A DNA stretch of 64,000 bases. Source: a virus. Below are positions 8,864 through 17,909 of this stretch, piece after piece. The position numbers were made by a program, and so were the translations under genes. Positions within the stretch are counted from its first letter, which is position 1. The number at the start of each line of letters is the position of its first letter. The DNA lies in the IMG/VR virus record IMGVR_UViG_3300045988_182866; one strand, given 5' to 3'. The notes under the pieces were generated by a model that ran no database searches, was not told where the DNA came from, and saw only the letters and a program-made list of their open reading frames with translations.

Positions 8864-9301
8864 ATGAAGCTAAAAAGACATAAGGATATTGCCTCATTAT
8901 TCATTAACAAGAAAAAAGTTGAAGAAGACTGCGAAGGAATGACAGCAGGTTCTGTTTTAGCTCCTTCAGCCCAGGCGACTGGAGGAAATATTACAAATAC
9001 CGATTCGTATGCCCCAGGAGACAATAGAATTCCTAAGTCTTTATTCAAAACGAGGGTTATTAAACGAAAATATAAAGAAGAAGATGCTGAAGAATATCCT
9101 GAAATTCCGGCTGATTTCTTTACTGATAAGGAATGGGAAAAAATTGAAGAAGAGGCTGAAAGCCGTGGATGCAGTCCTTATGAAGTAGCTTATCGAGAAT
9201 ATAAAGCCAGAGGAGGAATGGACCAGGACCGCAAAATGACGGATATTGAAGTTCAAAAAGCATTTGATGAATTAAAATCGCATTTGGCGGATTATAATTG
9301 A
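8864..9301 (+). CDS. Hypothetical 145-aa protein sharing a ~25-aa motif with the major capsid protein N-terminal region
   Basis: ATGGNITNTDSYAPGDNRIPKSLFKTRVIKR against MCP GGAITQGDTYAKGDNRLPKILLPMIRR (42225 gene). Acidic C-terminal half. Confidence 0.5.
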   Translation: MKLKRHKDIASLFINKKKVEEDCEGMTAGSVLAPSAQATGGNITNTDSYAPGDNRIPKSLFKTRVIKRKYKEEDAEEYPEIPADFFTDKEWEKIEEEAESRGCSPYEVAYREYKARGGMDQDRKMTDIEVQKAFDELKSHLADYN

Positions 9302-9762
9302 TTCCAATGAATCAAGATTTAGGTCATTGGGTTACTTCGATAGACATCCCTGAAGAAATATTCGGGTTTGTCTATCGAATTACCAATTTGGAAAATAATA
9401 AAATGTACATCGGTAAAAAACTTTGTACATCGGTTAAAAAGCTTCCTCCATTAAAAGGTAAAACAAGAAAAAGACATAAAAAAGTAGAAACAGATTGGAA
9501 AACTTATACCGGGTCTTCTCCGGAATTAAATGAAGATATTAAAAAATTAGGCAAAGATAAATTTAAATTCGAGATTATAAAATTTTGTACCTGTAAATGG
9601 GAATTGAGTTATTTTGAAGCAAAGGCCCAATTTGAAGAAGATGTTTTATTCAAGCAAGATGAATATTACAATGGTATAATCAATTTAAGAATTGGCCGTT
9701 CGCCAAAAGAAAGTCTTGAAAAATTTAATTTATGCCAATCGAATTTAAAATCCGGAATTTAA
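9298..9762 (+). CDS. GIY-YIG domain endonuclease (Seg/I-TevI-like, short form)
   Basis: GFVYRITNLENNKMYIGKK matches the GIY-(x10)-YIG signature. Conserved R/H/E residues follow downstream (TRKRHKK..E). Confidence 0.5.
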   Translation: MIPMNQDLGHWVTSIDIPEEIFGFVYRITNLENNKMYIGKKLCTSVKKLPPLKGKTRKRHKKVETDWKTYTGSSPELNEDIKKLGKDKFKFEIIKFCTCKWELSYFEAKAQFEEDVLFKQDEYYNGIINLRIGRSPKESLEKFNLCQSNLKSGI

Positions 9763-10226
9763 CTGTTATTGATTTGAATTGCTTATTTGATTCAGCTTTA
9801 TTTGAAGCCAACAAGTATGCTTTAGACAATGACATTAAAAGTTCAAAAGATATTTCTACGCTTTTTAAACATTTTACCTTTACAAAATTTTTAGATGTTT
9901 GCCAAAATTTTACTACTAAAAATATTCTTCTCTATTTTGAAGATCAATCCGATTTGCCAAAGGATTATTTTCTTATTTTAAAACTCCTGAAAAATAAAAT
10001 TAAATTTCCAACCATCATTTCCAATATCTCTATTAATGAATATCTGGCAATCATTTCTGATGATTCTCCAGAATTTGATGAAGTAATGGCTGAAAATTAT
10101 AATTTTAGTTTTATAGATCATTTTACTGATTTTAAAAATTATCTTAAGAAGTCAGGTCTTCTTTTCCTTAACAAGAAGTACCAGAATTTGACTGAAGTTA
10201 TCGGTCTTCTAATAGCATGTAAATAA
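9732..10226 (+). CDS. Hypothetical protein
   Basis: ORF track. No motif recognised. Confidence 0.4.
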   Translation: MPIEFKIRNLTVIDLNCLFDSALFEANKYALDNDIKSSKDISTLFKHFTFTKFLDVCQNFTTKNILLYFEDQSDLPKDYFLILKLLKNKIKFPTIISNISINEYLAIISDDSPEFDEVMAENYNFSFIDHFTDFKNYLKKSGLLFLNKKYQNLTEVIGLLIACK

Positions 10227-10234
10227 AAATTATC

Positions 10235-10651
10235 ATGAATTCTAATTTATTCAAGACATTAGATACTTTAACAAAACAATATTTGATTAAAGAAGCTAAT
10301 GATGAAGACCTTCCTTTTCCTACTGGAGAAGAGGGAGATCAAGGCGATAAAGAAGTAGATGCTGAGGTTGAAATGGATATTAATGAGCCTCAAGCCGATG
10401 ATCCTACTGAAACTCCGGAAACTGGAGATATTCCTCAAAATGAAGAAGGAGCTTTTATTTCCGATACAAAGCTTGCAATGTTCGCTAATCTTCTTTTAAA
10501 AGCTTTCATGGCTCCTCCTTCTACTGATATTCCGGAGAATCTTCAAAATGTAACGGCAAACAATGCTAGCCAGGTTATCGCCTTTATTGAGTCTAGGATG
10601 AATCTTCAAAAGCCGACTAATAATATTGTTGATGACTTATCAAAAGTTTAA
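10235..10651 (+). CDS. Highly acidic small protein (138 aa), possible DNA-mimic / anti-restriction protein
   Basis: N-terminal half is rich in D/E: DEDLPFPTGEEGDQGDKEVDAEVEMDINEPQADDPTETPETGDIPQNEE. It lies immediately upstream of the DNA methyltransferase with only a 5-nt gap. Confidence 0.45.
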   Translation: MNSNLFKTLDTLTKQYLIKEANDEDLPFPTGEEGDQGDKEVDAEVEMDINEPQADDPTETPETGDIPQNEEGAFISDTKLAMFANLLLKAFMAPPSTDIPENLQNVTANNASQVIAFIESRMNLQKPTNNIVDDLSKV

Positions 10652-10656
10652 AGGTT

Positions 10657-12597
10657 ATGCAAGAATTTACAAAAATTTTACAAAATATTGAGCTAATTCA
10701 GGAAGCTCAAAAAAGAAAAGATCCTGTTCTTAATGTAGTAACATTATTCAGTGGAATGGGAGCTCCGGAAATTGCCCTTGATAAATTGGGAGTCAAATAC
10801 AGGATTGTTCTGGCATCTGATATTGATCCAGAGGCTGAAGCAGTTTATAAGCAACTTCATGGTAAAAAACTTGCTAAAGGAAATGATTCATTTATTCCGA
10901 ATGTTTATGATGTTTTAGACCAGGTTGAACCTTCAAAGCTTAGCGCAGATGTTTTAATTGCAGGATTTTCTTGCCAGGCTTTTTCTTTATCTGGTAAACA
11001 ATATGGCATTTATTCTCGTCAAGTAAAACCTGAAGGATCCAATAAAAAATTTGTCGTCAATATTAAAAGGCATTTAACTGATATTAATGGAGATACTGCA
11101 ATCACTGTTAATAATGATGAATCTGATCCTTTACCTGAAGGACTTCCCGAAGGAACTAAAGTAACTATTTCTCCAGATTCTGACGGTAAGCTGGCATTTC
11201 AAACATTAAAGATTGCCCAAACATTAAAGCCAAAAGTTATTATTCTTGAAAATGTTTCTACTTTTGGCCAGGCTGATATTGAAGATGAAGATGAAGTTCC
11301 TTCTGAATTTATTACAGAAGAAAAAGAAATTAAAGTAATTCAATCCAGACTGGGACAATCTGGAAAAGTAGACATATCTGAAGGAGGTTATTTGAGACTC
11401 CTTGGAAAGATTTTCAATACTATTGGATATAGTTTTTATCCAATGTACCTTGATCCGACTTCTTATACTAATTCCGTAATTCGTCGTCCACGAATTTATA
11501 TCGTTGGTATTCGAAATGATATTGAAGCAGGAATTAATCCAAATAAATTAGAAGCTTTTGATGATAAGATGGCAACTAATTTTGGATTGAACACCACTAA
11601 ATCCGAAAAGGATTATCAAAAGCTTTTGGACAAAACTTTGAACTACATTATGAGTTCAAAGTATTCTCATGGCTATATGTCCAAAAATCCTCGAGAACTT
11701 GTTAAAGGTTTAGTCTCTAAATTTGGCATTAATAGATTTGCAGAAGCTACTGACTATATCTTTAATAAGCTTGTTAAAAATGGAAGTGTTGATCCCAGAA
11801 ACCTTCAATTAAATCAATTTCAGTATGATTCTAATGTTATTGATAAAGAATTTAATGATCCTCAGGTTATTAAATTCTTCAAGAAAATCAGAAGCGAACA
11901 GCAACCTGTAATTTTGGATGTATCTGAAAAAAGCGATACTGTTGATTATCTTTCTACTGTTTTAGCGGAAGGTATTTCTGGTTATTTTGAAGAATATAGC
12001 GGTAAATTTACTATTGATAATCCGCAAGGTGAATTAAATTTAGACTTTGGAACTAAACCCGCAAAACCAAAGGTTAAGAAAGAAAAACCATTGGTTCAGG
12101 GTGAATTGGATCTTGACTATGGGGAAGATCCTTTGGGACAAGTAGTTCAAGAAGCTTTAGGAAAATATAATAATCAAAAAGTTGATGAAATTGCTATTAA
12201 GAAATTTAAAGAAATCATTGCTAAGAAGTTATTGACCCAATTTCTTTTAAATTCTTATAATAAACGTAATTTAAGTTATATTCCTACAATTCTCAAGAAT
12301 TCATCTATTCCTATGAAAGTCGGAGGAGTTGGCAATGCAAACTACTTTATTCTTCGTAATAAATCCGGACAGTTTAGCTGGGGATATATTCATCCGGCAA
12401 TTTTGATGAAGTTGATGGGAATGTATTATAATTCAAGTTCCGGAGATGATTCAATTTATCAAAGTATAGCAAAAACAAAACTTACAAATGGCCGTCCGAT
12501 TTCAGTTAATGGAATTATTCGACGAATTGGTAATTCAATGAGTGTAACAGTTCTTGAAAAATTATTCAAATCGCTAATTTCAATGAAAGCCCTATGA
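10657..12597 (+). CDS. DNA (cytosine-5)-methyltransferase family protein (646 aa) with a Ser-Cys-Gln variant of the catalytic PCQ motif and long insertions
   Basis: Motif I LFSGMGAPE (FxGxGG). Motif IV GFSCQAFS, where the Ser replaces the canonical Pro. Motif VI VIILENVSTF (ENV). Motif VIII RRPRIYIVGIRND. Motif X RRIGNSMSVTVLEK (GN[SA]V). Confidence 0.75.
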   Translation: MQEFTKILQNIELIQEAQKRKDPVLNVVTLFSGMGAPEIALDKLGVKYRIVLASDIDPEAEAVYKQLHGKKLAKGNDSFIPNVYDVLDQVEPSKLSADVLIAGFSCQAFSLSGKQYGIYSRQVKPEGSNKKFVVNIKRHLTDINGDTAITVNNDESDPLPEGLPEGTKVTISPDSDGKLAFQTLKIAQTLKPKVIILENVSTFGQADIEDEDEVPSEFITEEKEIKVIQSRLGQSGKVDISEGGYLRLLGKIFNTIGYSFYPMYLDPTSYTNSVIRRPRIYIVGIRNDIEAGINPNKLEAFDDKMATNFGLNTTKSEKDYQKLLDKTLNYIMSSKYSHGYMSKNPRELVKGLVSKFGINRFAEATDYIFNKLVKNGSVDPRNLQLNQFQYDSNVIDKEFNDPQVIKFFKKIRSEQQPVILDVSEKSDTVDYLSTVLAEGISGYFEEYSGKFTIDNPQGELNLDFGTKPAKPKVKKEKPLVQGELDLDYGEDPLGQVVQEALGKYNNQKVDEIAIKKFKEIIAKKLLTQFLLNSYNKRNLSYIPTILKNSSIPMKVGGVGNANYFILRNKSGQFSWGYIHPAILMKLMGMYYNSSSGDDSIYQSIAKTKLTNGRPISVNGIIRRIGNSMSVTVLEKLFKSLISMKAL

Positions 12598-12600
12598 TTA

Positions 12601-12634
12601 AAAACCCGAAGGATTTAATCCTTCGGGTTTTTCT
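12601..12634. terminator. Bidirectional rho-independent terminator between convergent genes
   Basis: AAAAACCCGAAGGA-tttaa-TCCTTCGGGTTTTTC. Confidence 0.75.
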
Positions 12635-14713
12635 TTATCCAAATAAAATATTCAAAATAAATTCTGAACAAGTTGTTTCAAGAAGGTTTTCTTCATTCTC
12701 TTCCTGTCCCCTTTGCCTTCGCCATTCAAGGGCATCATAAATCATGCCTGTTTCCGGATCATATTCCAAAAATCTTCCTGAAGTTGAATCTTTCCAAAGA
12801 TAATGCCCATTATTCAGGCGTTTACTCTTTTTGGGAGGAATAAATCCATCGGGAGCCTTCTTGGGATATTTTTCTTTTTTAGTTGTTTTTTGTTTAGCTT
12901 TTCTTTGTTTTTTAGAAGAATCGCTTAAACGCTTTGTATCTTGAGATGCTTGAGATTGTTTTTCTGAAGAATAATCTTCTCCGTCAGTAGCTCTGGCATC
13001 TTCTCCCTCAAATTCAGTTCCTTGATTTGGACTTTCAGGTTGAGGCGGAGGAGTTCCTCCTTCAGTTTTACCAAAAGAATCCCCCTCACCTTTATTTTCA
13101 GAAGATGTATTGTTCTTTTCAGAAGTTTTATCATTTTGAGTTCCATAATTATTAAACTTCCGGAAAGCAGCAAAAATATTAGGATTTTCTCCACCTTTAT
13201 TGCTATCTATCCATCTTTTAATTTGACTGTCTACAGGTCCTTCAGTGGCGATTGTACTTCCATTAACTGCTCGGTATTTCTTAAATCCAAATTGAGGATT
13301 ACTGGAAAAATTACCTTGTTCATCCACCGAAGAAAGTTCAGAATTGGTTAATAATTCTTCAATATAATTGATAACTTTTTCACCAAGGAATTCAGTGAAA
13401 ATAGATTTTTCAAAAGCTTCTGCGATAGGAGTAACTTTTCTGGAACCTTTAACACCACTGACTAAAACAAATTCAGTTAAAATACCTTTAGACTTAAGTC
13501 CATCAACTAACATTCTTCCCAGACGTTTAGTAGTATCAGAATAAAAATCAGATTTAATATCTGACATTATTTTGTTAAAATCAGTTTCAGCCTGAGGATA
13601 ATTATCTTTAAGAAAATCTTTAAAAGCCTCTTTCTGATTATTGTCAAAAAGAACAAGGTAAAGAATAGGCTTATTAACAGAAGCCTGTTCTCTTTGAGTC
13701 TTTTCAAATGTTGTTTCTTCTTTAATCAAATTAAAAGAATTTTCTTGATATGAAGAATTAACAATTTCTGTACTGTCGGATTGTTGCTGTTCTGGATTTT
13801 GTTCTTGATTTTGATCCTTCGACTGACCTTGTGAATTATTCTGTTTATTGCCTATTTGCTTATTTTCATAGGTATAACCAATATAATCAAGAATTTTATA
13901 AACTTGAGGATCTTTAACAAATGGGCTAATCGGTTGTCCAGATGCCATGAATTTATCATTCAAATATTTGAAGATAAGATATTTGTCATCTTTTTGGTAA
14001 TCTTGAATTTCTTTTTTAGCATCAGCCAAATTCTTTTTAAGAGTATCAATACCTTGCCCTATACTCAAATCAGTATTTCCAAGAGTTTTATAAATGTTAT
14101 AAGCTCCCCGAATCCCGCCTTTAGCAGCTTGGTAAGCTTTGCCGGCAGTGGATGTTGCTCCAGACGGATTAGTTTTTAATGATTTAGGAAGAAAATTATT
14201 TCCGCCATGCATTGCAGTTGATGTATCTTCTTCCTTCAGAGTATAATCAACTTCAATCTTCTTATCAGAAATATTATCTTTTGAAATATCGATTAAAGCA
14301 TCAAGTTCATTTTTAAGAAACTCTTGTCCTAATAAAACTTTATTTTTATTATTGGACCTGTTACCAACCGTAAAAGGAACATTTAAAAATTCATCAGTGG
14401 CAAACTTAACATCAAATAATACTACAGGACGATCTTCAGTTTGGCCGGCTCCAATATTAATTGTAATAGTGTCCTGAACTTTTTTAGAAACCCTGTGATC
14501 TTTACCATTCTCATCATAGGTAGTAAAAACTACAACATCGCCTTGATAATAAAAATCTTCGCCATGAATTACATTAAAGGCTCCATTACCGCTATCGACT
14601 TTGGCTAAAATATCTCCAACTCCCTTAATAAAAATAGGTTCTTCAACTCCAACTACTAATTTTTCCAGCCAAAGTTGATAATTTCTTTTTCTCAAATAGT
14701 TTAAAGCTTTCAT
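12635..14713 (-). CDS. Large protein (692 aa) with an N-terminal retropepsin-like aspartic protease motif, a Q/N/S/E-rich low-complexity centre and a basic C-terminal region
   Basis: ILAKVDSGNGAFNVIHGE (D[ST]G[AN] aspartyl-protease-like). Low-complexity QNNSQGQSKDQNQEQNPEQQQSDS. C-terminal K-rich tail KKQRKAKQKTTKKEKYPKK. Confidence 0.4.
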   Translation of the reverse strand: MKALNYLRKRNYQLWLEKLVVGVEEPIFIKGVGDILAKVDSGNGAFNVIHGEDFYYQGDVVVFTTYDENGKDHRVSKKVQDTITINIGAGQTEDRPVVLFDVKFATDEFLNVPFTVGNRSNNKNKVLLGQEFLKNELDALIDISKDNISDKKIEVDYTLKEEDTSTAMHGGNNFLPKSLKTNPSGATSTAGKAYQAAKGGIRGAYNIYKTLGNTDLSIGQGIDTLKKNLADAKKEIQDYQKDDKYLIFKYLNDKFMASGQPISPFVKDPQVYKILDYIGYTYENKQIGNKQNNSQGQSKDQNQEQNPEQQQSDSTEIVNSSYQENSFNLIKEETTFEKTQREQASVNKPILYLVLFDNNQKEAFKDFLKDNYPQAETDFNKIMSDIKSDFYSDTTKRLGRMLVDGLKSKGILTEFVLVSGVKGSRKVTPIAEAFEKSIFTEFLGEKVINYIEELLTNSELSSVDEQGNFSSNPQFGFKKYRAVNGSTIATEGPVDSQIKRWIDSNKGGENPNIFAAFRKFNNYGTQNDKTSEKNNTSSENKGEGDSFGKTEGGTPPPQPESPNQGTEFEGEDARATDGEDYSSEKQSQASQDTKRLSDSSKKQRKAKQKTTKKEKYPKKAPDGFIPPKKSKRLNNGHYLWKDSTSGRFLEYDPETGMIYDALEWRRQRGQEENEENLLETTCSEFILNILFG

Positions 14714-14714
14714 A

Positions 14715-15113
14715 TTAATTTAAAGGAATGGAAATAATTTGCGGGATAGTCACTCGTTTATTTCCAACATTTATAGTTTGCTGAAGATTAATCCCAGAGT
14801 TTAACTGGGTAATATAATCTTCCAGAGATAAAGAGATAGCAGTTAAATCAGCAGTCAATAAAGATCGAAGATAGGATAATTGAGGAGAATCAATTTCATT
14901 AGAGCAATTTTGAGAAATAATATCCAACTTACCTTTAATAGAACAAATCAAATCCTGCAAGCTTTGCTGAGATTCCAATGCTCCTGTCGGCGGTTGCCCT
15001 ATAGTTGGTTTTTCAACCTCCCAATTAAACGTATTCGACTGATTATAGCTTTCTTCAAAGATCCCTTCAGAAATATCTTTTAAAATCTCTAAATTTTCTT
15101 CGTCAAGAAACAT
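14715..15113 (-). CDS. Hypothetical protein
   Basis: ORF track. Abuts the previous gene with a 1-nt gap. Confidence 0.45.
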   Translation of the reverse strand: MFLDEENLEILKDISEGIFEESYNQSNTFNWEVEKPTIGQPPTGALESQQSLQDLICSIKGKLDIISQNCSNEIDSPQLSYLRSLLTADLTAISLSLEDYITQLNSGINLQQTINVGNKRVTIPQIISIPLN

Positions 15114-15162
15114 ATTTTGTATTTAAAGACAATTCTCGTGATATAATGACTTTATAAAAGTT

Positions 15163-15900
15163 ATGAAAATTGCCGTTTCAGGAACAAGTTGCTCAGGTAA
15201 ATCTACATTAATTCGTGAATTTATTAATACCTTTAAGATGTATAAAACCCCGGCCAAAACTTACAGAGATAGGTTAAAAGCCGAAAAGATAAATCATTCA
15301 AGTAAAACCTGCGAAGAAACGCAAAAGTTTATCTTGGATTATATGATTGATCAATTGACAGAACTTAAGGATGAAAAGTATATCATTTATGATCGTTGTC
15401 CTCTCGACGTTCTTGTTTATACTGTTTTAGCAGCTGAAGCAAATCAGGTTAGTGAAGAATTTTTGGTCGAGACTATTCAAAGGGTTCGAGATTCTCTTAG
15501 TTTATTAGATGTAATCTTTATTTGTCCCTTTGATGATAAGATCAAAATCATAGATAATGGCACCCGAGATACTGACATCAATTATATTAAGAAAGTTGAT
15601 TCTGTCTTTCAAAATTTAATGCAGCAGTATTATACTGATTTTGAAGCTGACGTTTTCTTCCCTGTTAAAGATTGCCCTGGTATTATTAATCTTGAAAATC
15701 TTAATAACCGTTTAGGAGACATTAAAATTATTATTAATCCAAATGGAGACCTTTATTCTGCTGAAGATGATAAGAATCTTCAGGCTTACTATCTCGGTGG
15801 GAATCAGGTTTCTAAAGCTGACAAGACTCGAGGAATGATGGAATCCTTGATTGAACGTCAGGAATTTTTGCTTCCTCGTACTGAAATTGAAGGATTATGA
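15163..15900 (+). CDS. P-loop nucleotide/nucleoside kinase-like protein (possibly dNMP kinase, T4 gp1-like in size)
   Basis: N-terminal MKIAVSGTSCSGKSTLIREF Walker A. 245 aa. A TATAAT-like box at 15144-15149. Confidence 0.4.
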   Translation: MKIAVSGTSCSGKSTLIREFINTFKMYKTPAKTYRDRLKAEKINHSSKTCEETQKFILDYMIDQLTELKDEKYIIYDRCPLDVLVYTVLAAEANQVSEEFLVETIQRVRDSLSLLDVIFICPFDDKIKIIDNGTRDTDINYIKKVDSVFQNLMQQYYTDFEADVFFPVKDCPGIINLENLNNRLGDIKIIINPNGDLYSAEDDKNLQAYYLGGNQVSKADKTRGMMESLIERQEFLLPRTEIEGL

Positions 15901-16338
15901 TTTAAGAGGAAGCGGATCTAACGGAATAGTAACTCCTGTTGGAAGATTGGGGAAAGATGCAGGGTTAAGATTGATAATTTCAATTAACGTATTAATACCA
16001 GTTACAACCTCATTATAATTTGAAATATCATTCAAGTTTAACTGGTTAACTGCATCTGACAAGTTATTCTGGTCTGAAGAAAGATTATTAACAACAATGG
16101 TAGAAGTTCCGATTTTATCGATTTGGTCAGAAGAAGCAGAATAAGAATTCCACATTTCATTAAACTGAGAGCCGAAAGAAACATTGTCAAGTGTAATGAT
16201 AAAAGATGCAAAATCAAGTAAAGTAGTTGTACCTTCAGCTGTTTGGACTAAAAATTTATCTCCATCTCGAATATCTTGAATTAAAGACAAATCATTTATG
16301 CTTGCCCAAACTTTATTTCCATCTTTCTGAATAGCCAT
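15895..16338 (-). CDS. Hypothetical protein
   Basis: ORF track. Confidence 0.4.
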   Translation of the reverse strand: MAIQKDGNKVWASINDLSLIQDIRDGDKFLVQTAEGTTTLLDFASFIITLDNVSFGSQFNEMWNSYSASSDQIDKIGTSTIVVNNLSSDQNNLSDAVNQLNLNDISNYNEVVTGINTLIEIINLNPASFPNLPTGVTIPLDPLPLKS

Positions 16339-16395
16339 GATTATTAATATTTAATGGCACCTTCTAATTTTAAGAAATAGATTAAATTAATAAAA

Positions 16396-16794
16396 ATGGA
16401 TTTTCGCACTGAATTTTTTCCTTTGTTAAACAAAGCATTATATAAAACTGAAACAGATGTCTCGGAACATATTGTTTCTAATTCGGATATGTTTTTGTTT
16501 AATCGTTATACTTCATTTTATAATCCCGGATTAGTAGGAATTATAAATGAAACAATGAATAAATTTGGTAAAAGCCTTTATTTCGATAATTCAGGACCTT
16601 ATCTTTACCAAGTTCTTAAATCAATCTTTCCAACCTTGAATAAAGGAAGAATTAATTATATTTCTAAAAAGAAGTCAGAATTAGTAAAAGGAGCAGATAA
16701 TTTTGTTAAGAAATATTCTCGAAAATATAATATATCTGAAAGAGAAGTTTGGGGAATGTTATTCCTAGTAGAAAAAATAAACGAAAAATATTAA
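16396..16794 (+). CDS. Hypothetical protein
   Basis: ORF track. Confidence 0.4.
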   Translation: MDFRTEFFPLLNKALYKTETDVSEHIVSNSDMFLFNRYTSFYNPGLVGIINETMNKFGKSLYFDNSGPYLYQVLKSIFPTLNKGRINYISKKKSELVKGADNFVKKYSRKYNISEREVWGMLFLVEKINEKY

Positions 16795-16798
16795 AACC

Positions 16799-17209
16799 AT
16801 GGTTAAAGACGTAGATGATTATTATAAGATTCCTGAATTTGTTATTGACCTTAACAAGCAGGAATATAAGGGAGATATGGGTCTTCAAGATTATTGTTTA
16901 GACTGGGTATCTTATGATACCATTCTGCTTGATATGATTGACCTTGAAGAAGGATTTAAGAAAGTAGGTCAGTTTTTAACTGCAACTAATTCCGATATTA
17001 AAGCCTGGCGAAAAGGACAAGTTAAAATGATTGGTCCTCGAGTAAAAGATTATAAGGTTGGTGATATTGTAATTTTCCCGGGAATTCATGGTCTTGAATC
17101 TGGAGGTCTTTATATTACCAATGAATCGGGTGAACGAGAATATGTTAAGCATGGACATTTCCTTAGCGAAGGACGTATTTTCGGTAAAGTACATAATATT
17201 GAAGAATAA
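16799..17209 (+). CDS. Hypothetical protein with a weak GroES/gp31 co-chaperonin-like C-terminal segment
   Basis: KVGDIVIFPGIHGLESGGLYITNESGEREYV loosely resembles the GroES pattern gD.V.f..y.G.ev...g.eyl. Confidence 0.3.
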   Translation: MVKDVDDYYKIPEFVIDLNKQEYKGDMGLQDYCLDWVSYDTILLDMIDLEEGFKKVGQFLTATNSDIKAWRKGQVKMIGPRVKDYKVGDIVIFPGIHGLESGGLYITNESGEREYVKHGHFLSEGRIFGKVHNIEE

Positions 17210-17568
17210 TGGATAGAAACAGATTAGAAAATCTCTTATTTGACAATATTTTGATTATTAGTTTTTTTCGACGGACTTACCCTGTTGGGAGAGTCCGTCG
17301 AATGATTTGTACCAAGTCGGATATTTTAACTTCTTTTCAAGGACGAGTAAATTTAAATTATCGACCGCCGAAGCATTCACCAACAATAAACCAGAAAGAA
17401 CATAATATTGTTATAGTTTGGGATATTCTTTGTCAAGATTATCGTTGGATACCTTGTGAAAGTGTTAACATTATTGAAGTAATTCCTAAAAATGAATTTT
17501 GGAATTATTATAATAATGCTTTACTTCCGATGAGTAAGAGAGATAAGATTGCATTTATGAATGGTTAA
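17209..17568 (+). CDS. Hypothetical protein
   Basis: ORF track. Confidence 0.4.
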   Translation: MDRNRLENLLFDNILIISFFRRTYPVGRVRRMICTKSDILTSFQGRVNLNYRPPKHSPTINQKEHNIVIVWDILCQDYRWIPCESVNIIEVIPKNEFWNYYNNALLPMSKRDKIAFMNG

Positions 17569-17570
17569 TC

Positions 17571-17909
17571 ATGGAATTTGTAGAAATAGAAAAATTATTT
17601 GATAACTTTTTGCTTTATGATATTAACATTTATCATGATGATAAGCTTTTTAAAACAGGAAAGCTAAAAATGGTAACAGTTAAAAATCATTATATTAAAT
17701 TTTTTATTGAAAGTGCTGGAAGTATTAAAGTATTAGAGTTATTTTATCCATTTAGTTTTAAACAAACTGATAATAAGATTATCTTTGATTATAAAGTTGA
17801 TACAGTCACCAGGGGGAATAAGCTTCTTAATCTAAAAATAGCAAATTATAAAGAAGAGATTTCTTCTAAGTTTTTGAATAGTACAGTAACTTTTGAAATT
17901 AAAGGATAA
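17571..17909 (+). CDS. Hypothetical protein
   Basis: ORF track. Confidence 0.4.
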   Translation: MEFVEIEKLFDNFLLYDINIYHDDKLFKTGKLKMVTVKNHYIKFFIESAGSIKVLELFYPFSFKQTDNKIIFDYKVDTVTRGNKLLNLKIANYKEEISSKFLNSTVTFEIKG

